The position numbers and the translations under genes were made by a program. Of a stretch of DNA of 64,000 bases, positions 12,341 through 25,798 are shown one piece after another. The notes beneath the pieces were generated by a model that saw nothing but the letters and a program-made list of their open reading frames with translations, was not told the origin of the DNA and did no database searches. Source of the stretch: Chrysomallon squamiferum. Taxonomy: Eukaryota > Animalia > Mollusca. Every line of letters starts with the position of its first letter. Position 1 is the first letter of the stretch. The stretch is from NCBI GenBank assembly GCA_012295275.1, contig CM022672.1, positions 23,002,001 to 23,066,000 of the forward strand, read 5' to 3'.

Positions 12341-14544
12341 CACAATACAAGAAATTTGCTGTTGACACCAATAAGTTAAAATTTTTCAAAAATTAATATT
12401 CATCTTCACAAAAAAAGAGAGAGAAAGAGGGATACAGTAAAATATAAAATTATAACCTGTTTATTTCTTTATAGATATAATTTTATGAATTTAGTAATAC
12501 GAATTTAATTCCTTAAATTAGGTTTGTAATTCTAAAATGCACAGTTGCTCAGATATTATTGTTTTTACTGTCAATGCATAATGACACTGTTTTTGTAATT
12601 AATTAATTAATTAATTGTCTGTTCAATTACATATTGTATTTGACTTTGTGTTGGTGCTTTTTCTTATTGCTATTTATTTATTTATTTGTTTAGTTTTAAT
12701 AGTTATTTTAAAAAATGAAAACATCAAATTTTCAGTCAATACAGTTCATTTTATACAAAGAAAACCAAGGTCTTCACTTTATGCACTTTGATATGAAACA
12801 TGTTTTTGTTCTCTGCCCTGGGATGACCTAGGAGGTAAGATAACTCCAATGTGGAGTGGAAGTGAGATCTTCACAGTGAGATAAGAAAGAGAAGCTTATT
12901 ACAATTTCCTTTCACAGATGACAACTCCAGTCAACACGCTATTGATAGGGGTAGATAACCTCCTGTAAGTTATTCTTTGAAAAAACAGATGACTTGGTTA
13001 AAAGACCATGTCAAAAAAAACAAAAACAGCCCCACCCTAAAACAACAACAAAAACTCTGAAACAAGTATATGTATGTATCTATAATTTATGTATGTATGT
13101 ACACACACATACACATAGATACAGACATACCTACATAATTATAAACGCACACACATGTAGAAGTTATTTTAAATAAAATACTAACAGCAGTGGTATTTGA
13201 GAAACTCTTCCATGGACTTTTTTTATTGTCAGAATAGTCCATACCAAAACCTTTGATATATCACTCAGTGGATAATACAAAGCAGTTCAAATGACTGAAA
13301 ACAATGTGAACAAGCATGTATATTTAAAGAAAACAATTCTAAAAATAATTTCCCACAAAAAAAAAAAAAAAAAAAAAAAATGTCAAAGAAGAAATCAGTA
13401 TTTTCATCTTTATTTTAAAATAACATAATTTCTTTCTTTTTTTTTTAATTTTTTTGTTTAGTTATTTATTACAAGTTTGAGAAAGACAAAGAGAACCTTT
13501 TTTGCTGGTGGGGAAAAAAAAAAAAAAAAAAATGAAGAGAAAAAATCCCTGCATGCTGTATATGAAAAAGTTGCATGTAACATCTCTGGCTTATTCAAGA
13601 TCTCATAATTTCTGCTCCACTGACCTCCTCAGTGTTGCATCTCAAGAGGCAGTCGTTGTTCACATGTGTATTTTTGTCAAATTGAATACCAACATTCGAG
13701 TGCTTGGGAGGTGGTAGAAAATGGTATGATTTTTTTTTGTTTGTTCTTTTTCATGTCTTTTTGATATATGGTTACATGACAAGCAAGAAACTGCTTCACA
13801 GACATGAAGTATGGCTCCCGTTTAACACTGGAAGAACAACTTTCGAGTATAAATTATTTTTTTATTTTGTTTAGTCTACCATTTTTATCCCTTCTTGCTG
13901 CATTTTTATGTGATTTTTGTTTTTGTGTTTATCCAAACATGTCTGATATATGACTAAATGATGTGAGTTACATAAAAAGACTGAGGGGGAAAAAATCTAA
14001 ATTGCTTGACTAACTAAAAAAAAAAAAAAAAAAGATAAAAATTTGAATGAAAACGAATTAATCATTGTGATGATAATAAAATATGCTATGAATATCTTTT
14101 ACTTAATTTTTGATGCAAAATTTTCACCTCTGCTTTCAAAAATAAATAAAGGGTATCTTATTTTCCAAAAGCCTTTTATATTTTTTGCCAATATATATTA
14201 AGAAAAAAAATTTAAAAAAAAAGATGAGAAATATCAATCCTGCATAGCATTGTACACTGCACAATTAAGGGACCCATTTTTTATAACTCATAAATGTTGA
14301 TAACATATTATATTTCAAATTTTTGTCATAAAATGATTTGGTTATTAAAATGCTGCAAAGTGTTAAAATACACTGTGTTTATAAACTTGCCAGAAATTTA
14401 AAAAAAAAAAAAGTAAAAATATTTGATATTGCAAGCAGGAATTCAATTTCATTAATTCACATGAAAGAAAGTTAATAAATTAATACTGGTTTAAATGGCA
14501 CCTCAACACATTTTAATATTAATTGATATTACATGTATATGTTA

Positions 14545-14582
14545 TGTGTGTGTGTGTGTCTGAGCATGTTATTGTGTGTGTG

Positions 14583-14636
<54 letters not shown>
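14545..14636. repeat. (TG)n(TA)n(GA)n compound microsatellite
   Basis: Directly visible. Confidence 0.97.
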
Positions 14637-14644
<8 letters not shown>

Positions 14645-15389
14645 TTATTAATGATTTAGCTTTATCAATTAAATAAAAAAAACAAGACTATACAACCTTC
14701 ATTACAATATATTTTGTGGTCTTAAACAAAAACATTTTTTTTCTTACATCAAAAACTATTTTTCCACATACATTTTTCACATAACTTTTTCAGCTCTTTT
14801 TTTTTTTCACATGCAAACCAAAAGAGAATTTTAGTTACAATTTTATAAGTCGAATACAGAAAAATATAAAAAAGTTAATTTTGTGAAGAAACACATTTAT
14901 ATTTTTTAAACGATTTTAGAAAAAGCATCATACAAACCTTATTTAACAGAAGAATAAATCCTTGTAGGAACCCCAAAAACTATCTTCTTCTTAAATAAAT
15001 TTCTGAGTTAAAAAGCAAAAATGAAATATATGTATTTAGTGATCTAGAGAGATCATGAAAAAATTTAAAAAAAAAGAAAAAAGAAAAAAGAAATGATGGA
15101 ATCCAAAATCAAGAGGAGAGATGGTTGATAATGTAACTATGGAAACTATTTCATGCACCAATTATACACCTCAGTTAACTTTGTCATTTGCGGTAATGAT
15201 CTTTATTTATGTAATGGAGATTTACTGACTCTGATTTCGATCATAACAACATGAATCAATACATTAATCGCAGCGGTGCATCAGCATTGAGTATCTAAAT
15301 GATGGATATTGTCCACAGATTTTCCACTTGTCTGGCTCTGCTGCAAGCCAGCACTTATTAGGAAGGAAAGCTGTGAAACACTAATGTCT

Positions 15390-15725
15390 CTTTATAATTA
15401 CCAATCAAACGTGTTCTTACTTTATTTATCTTTATAATAACCAATCAGAAACGTTCTTACATCAGGATTAGCAAAAAATAACCAATCAGAAGTTTTCTTA
15501 CTGAAATGTCATTTATTATTACAGCCAATCAGAAGTGGTGTTGTTTAATTTCTTTTGACAGTTAGATATTGTCTAACTACTGTCAGTTCATAATTACTTA
15601 TCGAGTGTTTTCTGTTTAATGTTGCTTTGCAATTACTAATGAAGTCTTTTGTATCTAATGCAAATTCATAATTACCAGTGAGATGTTTTCTGTCTAATAT
15701 CAGTCCAAAACTACCAATCACAAAT
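15390..15725. repeat. Degenerate ~40-bp minisatellite carrying CCAAT boxes
   Basis: CCAATCA occurs at 15401, 15441, 15482, 15525 and 15714. Decayed ataattac… units lie at ~15590, 15630 and 15668. Confidence 0.8.
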
Positions 15726-17239
15726 CCTGTACATTACTATCAACAGTCTTGAGAACCACTGTGTGGATTGAAGGAAGGCCTGCTTACAGTACACAAAACT
15801 TACAAACCAAGGTGTCCTTTATTTAATGGACTTCAATTAAAAACCTAAATTAAGCAAATGAATGTTCATGAGATTCCAAGAGAACACATTTTCTGCAGCA
15901 AGAATAATTTTAGGTGTTTTTGGAAAGGATTGTGACAAATCAACCAAATGTTTTGTATTTATTACTAGTTTCTCAGATACATCTACCACTGAAAATAACA
16001 TCCTGAATTATTGAAAGTTGACAAAAAATTCAGCTGGGGAATTGTGTAGAGTTACCCCAAAAAACACAGATTAATTCAGTTGAAAATTTCTAATATTAAT
16101 AATAGTCATCTTTATTTTTATGAATATTTACAACATTAATTCTGGTTCCAGATTCAAAAAAATGGAGACTCAATAAGCTCTAACATCATTATAACCCTGA
16201 AAAATAAAAATAAAAATACCAGAAATTTACTTTTTTTCAGTTTATTTTTTCAAATTATTTTTTTAAAATGCTGATAGTATTTTCTGCTTTCCAGTTCTGA
16301 TAAAAAAAAAAATAACAACCTCAAAGAACTTAACAATTCAGTAACTAACCATCTCAACAAAGCCACGGAGAAACATTCTCAAAGTTAATAGACAAATATT
16401 AATCCCACAACATCCATTGTGAAAAAAGAACAATACAAAAGTGTCCCGCCAGAGAATAAAAGATTTAGTAACTCATGTGTAAAGGAGTGACAACAATTTC
16501 TGAAATTTCTTATCACTGTCATGTCACCTGACTTATCTGATTATCATAAAAAATAAAAATAAAAAAATAAAAAATACCACGAGACATCAAAGTGGTACTG
16601 GCATGCTTCATTTTCTAATGGTTTCCAATGACTTGTCATGGTACATTAAACTGGACAGTATCCATCACTTAGTGTGCTGTCATGTGGACGTGGTGTACAA
16701 TACCGGCAGGCTAACAGGTATAGATTAAAACTCAAACACACCAGATACGTGACCACAACCAGCCCAGTAACTACAAGTGACAAAAAAAAAAAAAAAAATC
16801 TGTGGTAGCAACAGTGGATTGTGGGGGGGGGGATACCTAGATGTGTTCAAGCTTAGAGCAGACTTTACGCATCTTTGCTTTTATTCCAGTATCAATAAAC
16901 ACTGTCTAGACTGAAATATAATCGAAACAAAAAAACAACAATAATTATATTAATGTGGAAGACACATAGTTAATAATGTATAATGTATTAGACTGAATAC
17001 GTTTTTTTTGTTTTTTGTTTTGTTTTTTCCTGGCATTTCTGTATGCATTATCTTTGATATATTTAAAAAAATAGAAAATAAAAAATAAATGGGCAAAAAA
17101 ATAAAATAAATAAATAAAAAATAAAAAGCAGGCAATAAATGTGATAAATTATCCATAAAACTGTTGCTCCCAAAAATTTCAAAGACAACCATAAAAGCTT
17201 TCCTCTCTATGAAAATACCCAGTAGGCATATATAATTGT

Positions 17240-17590
17240 CTCTCACAATAACATCAATCACTAAATATTCTATCATAACTGAGCATTTACCAAATGTGTT
17301 GCATTGGTAACAATAATCATTGAATGTCAATGACTAAATATGGTACCAAAAAATATGTTCTGCATATATTACCATGGTAACAGTAACCACTGAATGTGCA
17401 ACTGCAGTAACGTCAACCACTAGTACTACTGCATGTGTTACCATGTTAATGAAAGCATTACCACAGCATAACATCAATGTTATCACATAATGTTAACCAC
17501 CAAATATATTACCAAATATGTACTGCCTATGTTACCATGGTAACAATAACCACTGGTCAGTAATGTCATCAGTCCAGTATTTCACCACAC
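17240..17590. repeat. Degenerate repeat with (G/A)TTACCATGGTAAC palindromes
   Basis: cattggtaacaataatcattg (17302), ttaccatggtaacagtaaccactg (17369), gttaccatgttaa (17437), gttaccatggtaacaataaccactg (17531). Confidence 0.7.
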
Positions 17591-19024
17591 AGCATGCAGT
17601 GAGTGACCTGTCTGTGTTAACACGGGGGGGGATACGTTATGTCATCACGCTCCCAGTGGTGGCAAACACTCCCAGTTTATCACAACAAGAAAAACTTGTC
17701 TCCTTCTTCTTCCACATTTAGCCGAGAAATCTGTCAAACAGCAGGATGTGTGGGTGGAATACCTGCCCGGGGTCCCAGTTGCTACAACACATGGGAAGCC
17801 GAAAACGTCTCCCTTCACCGAGATTAGCAGAGTCGAACGAACGCACTGGGTGATGATGACGATACAGTTTTATCAGAGGATGTGTGAATCATCACTCTTG
17901 AGACGGGGCAGTTTTTCATGGTTTAATCTACGCTGTAAGCCATTCATAAACCAGATGAGTTAAAGAGTTCTGTAACTTGTTTTTGATACGCCTGTCTGAG
18001 CAGTTGCAATAAATGAAAGTTTTAACTCCTTTTGATGAAATTAATTTTATAAACAAAGACACATTTCTTTATATCTCTTTTTTTTCTCTCTCTCGTTTAA
18101 TTTCATGACGGAATTTCCCTATTTCATTCCCCTTTCTCCATATTTATTGAAATTTCTATTTCTCTTTTTCTTTCTTCATTAATAATATATCTTTTATCAG
18201 TAATAATAATTACTGAAAAAAAATGTTTTTATTAATTATAGTTATTACCTCAAAATTTTGGTACTAATTATAATTTACATTACAATTTCTTTGCTAATTA
18301 TTATTAAAATTCAAAAAACAAAAAATTATTATTATAAATTCTTTTATGAATGATACATATGATAAGATTTATGTCTTGATTTATAAATTATTACAAATGT
18401 TTTTTTTTTTTTCATGTTGCCTAATCTTTCTATCAAAGAGTTTTCAACAAGGCATCGCTGATTCATTCCTCTGTTTAACGCAATCTAATCTTAATGACAG
18501 CTTATTTGATAAAAAGAAAAAACATTCTTCAAAAACCAAATCTTAATTCTTATATTGCATAGAAATACAAAATGAATGTAAAAAGTACAATAATTTAATA
18601 TAAAAAAAATAATAATAATAATAATTGCAAAATTTAAAAGAAGTGAAAACAAAATTTAAAACTAAATAAAATGTATTAGATAAAAACATAAGAAAAAAAA
18701 AAGAAAAAAAAAAGCCCTTTTAGTAAGGAAATAAACATCGTGAATAGGTAGAACAGAAAAAGTGTCCAGTGTAATATAATATATAGCATATAAATTAAAA
18801 TGCAGGTTTGACCATAAAACAAGAACAACAACAAGAGTATCTTATGAAAAATATCTTTAGAAATCTTCATAAAAAAAGGTAAAGCACTTTCTGACTTCAC
18901 TTAATAAAAAAACTTTGTTTTTTTGTGTTATCTTTTTATGTACTGTTTTTACCACATGCTTTTCTGACATGCATTTTTAGTGTGACATCAACTAAAATAT
19001 TGTATATCATTCAGAATAATAATA

Positions 19025-19056
<32 letters not shown>

Positions 19057-20040
19057 GAAGAAGAAGAAAACCACTGATCTGAATTATTAAATAAAATGTC
19101 CTAATTTCAATAATAAAATTAATTTCTTGTTTTTTTGTTTGTTTAATTTGGACAAAACCAAACACAACTTTGATCAGAATATTCTGTGATAGATATGACA
19201 GGAAATGGCAATCAGTGTGTACTGTTTACACTGCACACAAAACTACACAGCAGAAAAACAAACTGAATTTATTTTTTGTAAGTACAACCAGAAATAATCA
19301 ATACAAGAAACTACCATCGTTGTTATTACTGTTATTTTCCCCCAACCTAGGAACACAAACATTAAAATATTTCTGATATTTCATTTGCTATTATGATTAT
19401 TATTATTATTTTCCTTGAAGCCACAAGTAAATGCTTTTTATGTCAAACAGAAATACTTTAAATGTTTCAGATTTTTCAGTTGTAATTTTAATTTTTATTA
19501 ATGTTAATATTCAAATATTATTTTCACCTGAGTAATTGTTATTACTGTTGTTATTATTGTTGTTGTTATCATTATTATTATTATTTTTAATTAGTATTTC
19601 CCCCAAGCCACAAATAAAACAAACAATAACAAACAAATACAATACAGGCATAACACGAAGTTTTGATACAGTTTCTAGTATTTGTAGAGTAATTTTCAAT
19701 ACAACATTTTCCAAGCCTTGTTATCATTTATTTGCCATAACTCTGGCAGTTTTTAATTTTCCATCGCTTGGTGTAATTCAATCCTACACCGATTTTTCTC
19801 CCAGTAAAAAAAAAAAAAAAAAACCATGTCTGTGTGTCTCTGTTGTCCCTGTAGGGTTGTGCTGGCAGAAGATTTCTTTTGAAGCAGCTACTGCTCTGTT
19901 ATCAGCTGGTATTGTATGGAGAAAACATACTAGCATTACACAATGATGCCAATCTAACAAGTAATTATAAATAAATACAAACATACCCTCGACCACCCAT
20001 GGCTTTTCAGAAATAACCATCTAGTACTTTACAAAAGGTT

Positions 20041-20074
<34 letters not shown>

Positions 20075-20449
20075 TGCTTCTTCAGTGGGTAAGACTTGTC
20101 AGTAAAATAATTTATGTCCTTTAAACAAGAGTTGAACTTTATTCTTTTTAATTAAGTTAAAAAGAAAAACAGGGAAGAAAAGCTATAAAGGATCGTTGTG
20201 ATGATGATGATGATGATGAAGACGATGGCTGTGTACATCTTTACATCTCACCAAGTTCTAGAATCTAGATCATCAGACCTCTCTGATAAAAAAAAAAATA
20301 ATAATAATTCTGTGGCTGCACCTGTGGTATTTCACTTCATAAAAATGTTATTTTATTCTATGACCAGTAACTGTTACTTTTTTATGACTGAACATTCAGT
20401 GTTTATAGTGTGTGAGTTAATATACAAAAATGGAATGTTGTTGTTGTAA

Positions 20450-20765
20450 AACGGCAAGAGATATGATTAAAAAGCTGATTGTTACTATAAAACGGGGATG
20501 TGATTGAAAGGTGAGAGTTATTATAAAAAAGGGGAGAGTAATCATAAAAAAAGATGAGTGTAATTATAAAAATATGAGGGTTATTATAAAAAGGTGAGAT
20601 ACGATAAAAGATGAAAGTTATTATAAGATGTCAGAGATATGAAAAGGTAAGGGGAGACTATTATAAAAGGTGAGTGATATAAATCGTGGTGAGAGTAATA
20701 ATAGAAAAGTGAGTTTTATTATAAAACAGTGAAAAATATGATAAAAAGATGGGAGATAAAAAGTG
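20450..20765. repeat. Purine-rich degenerate repeat (ttataaaaaggtgaga-like)
   Basis: Repeated tataaaa(a/g)g(g/a)tga motifs with a C-poor top strand. Confidence 0.7.
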
Positions 20766-21334
20766 CTATTTTTACAAGAAAGTAGCCATTAACACCAGAA
20801 GACGAGTTTGTTATCAGAAGGTCTGTGGTAAAGCTAGAAGGTGTCTGCAAAATGAATTAGTGAATATTTTCATTTAGTGCAGTTATATATATAATGTAAG
20901 TATCTCAAATAATATCATGTTTCTGTAACGGTTATATGAGAAGGAAAGCCTGTTACAGTTATTGCCATATACAACACATTTTGTTTTATATTCACCATCC
21001 CATGGACAGCTATAATCACATGAAGGGTTCACCAAAGAGGACAGGTCATGGAACATAAAACACTTCAGACTAACCCTCTAAGCTATGTAAAGCAAAACAG
21101 ATAATAACCAAATAATAAATAAATAAATACATTAATGAATGAATGAAATTAAAAAACTAATTATGGCTAAGTTCTGGGAAGGGGAACATATCATATAATT
21201 ATTTTTAACAGATAAGTTATTTCTGATTCAAAATGCTAGTATACTGAAAAGAATGGACTCTGTCTAATTATGTGGAACTTGACTATGACAAAGACGAATC
21301 AAGTTATCAATTTTTTTTTTTTTTTTTTATTGAG

Positions 21335-21930
21335 AGATTTCCCATTCCAGCCAGTATCTCAAGACTAATTATCAAAGCACATTATGTGTTAATTTTTTTC
21401 CATGAATAAAAATCATATAAAAGAGACCTTGCTGCTAATAAATTAAAATACAATATTGAATGGAAGTAGGTTTTATATAGGTGTCACAAAAACATTACAT
21501 ATGTCAGGTGTTCACAACTGATGTTAAACTAAGATTACAGTAGTAAAATGACTGAGTCAAAGGGAAGATATATGTAAAAAAATCCTTGTTGCTAATCAGT
21601 AAGAATATACCACACTGTAGTTCTCTTTATAGTATCATCATTTATATGAAAAACATATATTTCTTAAATAATAACCAACAATATTAATGAACATGGATTA
21701 ATATATTAATGAACATGGATTTCTTCCTTTGCACATGAAGATGCATTTAAAAGATTCCTTGCTTCTGAACAATGAGAGCAGATCATAATGTGGGTTTCCA
21801 ACCTTGTTATAATTATTCTAAAATCATGTTTGTTATGTAACATCCAGTGCAAATGAGGCTTGCTAAATACACATGCTCATGTGTGTATATGTATATATAT
21901 ATAAAAGATTCTTTGCTGCTACTAACTGAC
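21335..21930 (+). mobile_element. Cluster of four same-orientation SINE core fragments
   Basis: ttccagccagt…atcaaagc…atataaaagagaccttgctgctaat lies at 21335-21440. Further aaa(g/a)at(t/c)c(c/t)ttg(c/t)t(g/t)ct cores occur at ~21584, 21757 and 21910. Confidence 0.65.
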
Positions 21931-22667
21931 TGAAGCAGACTATATATTTCTCACCTAACAACCAACCATGTTAAAGTCTGTTAGTTTTATTAAATAAACA
22001 TGCATTTAAGGTTCCTGTTCACATCATCATTATATGAAGAAGAAAAAAAAAAAAAAAAAACCCTGTATTTCTCACCTGACAGTGAACAATATTAAAATGT
22101 GTTGTTCACTCAGCAACAATACTGTGCAGGTTGACACTGTTTTCTCTCACTGTGTTGACAAACAGAAAATATGTGACTGTTCAATGACTGATAACTGTCC
22201 CCATGTTCCTCCTTTAATGATATACAACAGGTATGTTCTCATTTTTCACCTGTGTGTAATTTTCACCTTTCATTCACTCCAGAACTAGTTAATAGCTTCT
22301 TTCCTCTTTTGTCATATACCATGACTGTGATGTGCTAGGTTCTCACTTTTTTTTTATTCATTGTTAACAATATAAAGTTTTAAAGGGTAAATTTGTTTGG
22401 GGGTGTAACTTGACCAATCCTTATTAAAGTAGCATCTTTCTTTCTTTTTTTTTTTTTTTTTTTATTGGTATAGAATTACTCATGTGTTAATATTAGGAAG
22501 AAAAATATTAAATTATAATATCATCATTGATATAAACGTGTAGGCTGATTAAGTGAAGTAATATAAGGTCAGGTATAAGTATGAATAATGTCTAAATAAA
22601 GTAAAAATCATGGAAAGCAAAATAGCATAAGGTCAAAATAAAGTGTAATGTGTAATGTTGCAGAAAG

Positions 22668-23563
22668 GAAAAGTAACATAAAGTCAAGATAAAGTATATT
22701 ATTCTGAAGTTTAATGGTAAGAAAAGTAATGTAAAGTCAAGATGAAGTAGAGTATTGTGAAGTTTAATGGTAAGAAAAGTAATGTAAAGTCAAGATGAAG
22801 TATTGTGAAGTTTAATGGTGAGAAAAGTAATGTAAAGTCAAGATGAAGTAGAGTATTGTGAAGTTTAATGGTAAGAAAAGTAATGTAAAGTCAAGATGAA
22901 GTACAGTATTGTGAAGTTTAATGGTGAGAAAAGTAATGTAAAGTCAAGATGAAGTAAGTAAAGTTTAATGGTGAGAAAAAGTAATGTAAAGTCAAGATGA
23001 AGTACAGTATTGTGAAGTTTAATGGTGAGAAAAGTAATGTAAAGTCAAGATAAAGTATATTATTCTGAAAATGGTAAGAAAAGTAATGTAAAGTCAAGAT
23101 GAAGTAGAGTATTGTGAAGTTTAATGGTAAGAAAAGTAATGTAAAGTCAAGATGAAGTACAGTATTGTGAAGTTTAATGGTGAGAAAAGTAATGTAAAGT
23201 CAAGATAAAGTATATTATTCTGAAGTTTAATGGTAAGAAAAGTAATGTAAAGTCAAGATGAAGTATTGTGAAGTTTAATGGTGAGAAAAGTAATGTAAAG
23301 TCAAGATGAAGTACAGTATTGTGAAGTTTAATGGTAAGAAAAGTAATGTAAAGTCAAGATGAAGTATTGTGAAGTTTAATGGTAAGAAAAGTAATGTAAA
23401 GTCAAGATGAAGTATTGTGAAGTTTAATGGTGAGAAAAGTAATGTAAAGTCAAGATGAAGTAGAGTATTGTGAAGTTTAATGGTAAGAAAAGTAATGTAA
23501 AGTCAAGATGAAGTACAGTATTGTGAAGTTTAATGGTGAGAAAAGTAATGTAAAGTCAAGATA
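22668..23563. repeat. Young minisatellite, ~17 copies, mostly of a 53-bp unit and a 48-bp variant
   Basis: The unit is AAGTTTAATGGT(A/G)AGAAAAGTAATGTAAAGTCAAGATGAAGTA(GAGTA/CAGTA/-)TTGTG. Copies start at 22707, 22760, 22808, 22861, 22914, 22961, 23015, 23068, 23117, 23170, 23223, 23271, 23324, 23372, 23420, 23473 and 23526. Confidence 0.97.
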
Positions 23564-24228
23564 TGGTAAAAATTGTAAACTGAAAACAATATATAAACTG
23601 AAAACATAAGTAATTACAAAACAGTATAAATGAAATGTGAAGTAAAATAAAAATAAATTAGTTAAGTATTATAATGAACATAATGTAATATAATAAAATG
23701 TATACAAGTGTGAAGTAAGTGTTTCCTAAAGTAAAATAGAAGTAATAAAACAATATAACCCAGAGAAAAAATAATACAAAGTAATGTGAAAACTGATGTA
23801 GTAAAATAACAACGTAATATAAAGAAAAATAATATGTAAAACTAAAGAGTAAATTTTAAATTATGTAATGTAATGCAATGTAAAGTAAGAAAATATAAAA
23901 TAATGTAAAACAGTTTGAGTGATACAATGTTAAATAAGTGTAACTAAAATATTATAGAAAAATTAATAAAAAATGACATAAACGTAATATAAAATAAAAT
24001 AATGAAAAGTAATGTAATATGAAATTAAAGTGGTTAAGTGAATACAGTGTAAGAAAATGAAGCTAAAGTAACAGAGTTTGATAAAGTTATATAATATTAA
24101 ATGTTATCAAATAAAACAAAGCAAAGTTAAATAAACCAATGTAAAACAAAAGTAACTTTTTATAAACAGTTTTTAATATTGTAATTTTAAAAATGTCATC
24201 TGTTATATACATAACCAGAGAAATAAAT

Positions 24229-24263
<35 letters not shown>

Positions 24264-24939
24264 GTAACCTGTATCCCATTAAAGGGAAAACTAGGAAATA
24301 AGAAAATCATCCAGTCTCTTATTTTTTACACCAAAAGAAAAGGACTGATTAAAAAGTAAGTAAATAAATAAAATAGATTAAAATAACTAGGTAAGTTAAT
24401 TAATTAAAAAAAAAAAAAAAAAAAAACAAACACACAACAAAATAAAAACCCTAATTACTCTTTTACACAAATAAAAAGTACAATAAAACTAAATAACTTT
24501 CTTTTCCACTAAACAAAACAAACAAATCTTTAAAAAAAATTAATAAAAAATGTTATATTAAGTCACTTCATCTTTCATTCCAAAAATTATAAATAACTGA
24601 AGAAATTTAAAAATTATAAAATAAATCAAATTAAAATTAAAAATTAAAAAAATTAAATCATTATCTTTTATATTCAAAATGAATATTAAATTTAAACTGG
24701 TTCATCTTTCCTACTGAAAAATATATAAAAAATAAATTATTCTATTTCTCACTCATTTTAAAAAAAGAAAAACAAAGCATTCCTCACCTGAATCTCTGTC
24801 CTTTTCATCCACAAAAACAAAACAAAAAAATTATAATAATGTAAAAAAATAAATCGCTCTCAGCAAAATAATTTAAAGAACAACTCAAACCAATTATCAA
24901 AACACCACAAACCCTTGCATTAACAATAGTTTTGTAAAC

Positions 24940-25330
24940 GACATTATCATAAACCGATGATTGACGGACGCTCTTATAGCACTCTTAAAGGGGCCGGTCT
25001 GACAGCGCAATTCGCTGGTGCATTGAACATGCTGTAATAGCCACTTAGAACCTGTTAGTGATATAAGGCTAGTTATGGAAACCTGTAGGTTAACACTCAC
25101 AGCAATATTGCCGCGGGATTAGAGATAACAAATGATAGATTCGAAGAGGTGACAATATAGAAAATAATACTGCATTTACAAATGAATACCAGTAATAAAA
25201 ATCTTAGCTTCCAGCAATGAGGGAGAGTGATCAACACCTAGAGGTGTGCTAAGAAAAGTTATGTCACCTGTTAATGGGCAAGGTAAATGTGTTTCTATAT
25301 TGATACTGTCAATATCAAAGGTGACATGCT
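24940..25330. promoter_or_regulatory. Candidate enhancer island
   Basis: CpG-richer island in AT-rich flanks with TGATTGACGG, TGACAG and GGATTA. It has T-box-like half sites at 25147, 25232/25242 (inverted pair), 25262 and 25319. Confidence 0.4.
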
Positions 25331-25763
25331 GATAACAGTCGTATGTGACGGGAGATGTGCGATAACATCAGTTATTGATTCTTGTGTGCGATATAAATAG
25401 TTTATCCACTTGATGAGGTATTTGATTTCTGATAATAAAATCTTCATTTCAAAGTAAGTTATATATGTAAAAACGTTTGAGATTAGCTATTATAAATGGG
25501 AGTATATGTAATTAATCATTTTGAAAAACAAAATGATGAGAGAAAAGTTAACAATAAAGGGTAAAACAAAAATGCCAAAACCAATACCCCCCCAACATAA
25601 ACTTATTTTTTTTTTTTTTTTTTTAAAAATATAAAATATTTAAATACTGAAATACATTTTTATTATTTTATTATTTTATTATTATTTTTATTATTTAGAA
25701 ATTTAAACTTCATCGTCCACCTTTTTTTTTTCTTCTTTTTTTTCAGATAGAAAAATAAAGTTT

Positions 25764-25798
<35 letters not shown>

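Noticed and set aside
22668-23563. CRISPR-like array
   Set aside because: Units are contiguous, with only a few recurring variants and no unique spacers. There are no cas genes and the context is eukaryotic.
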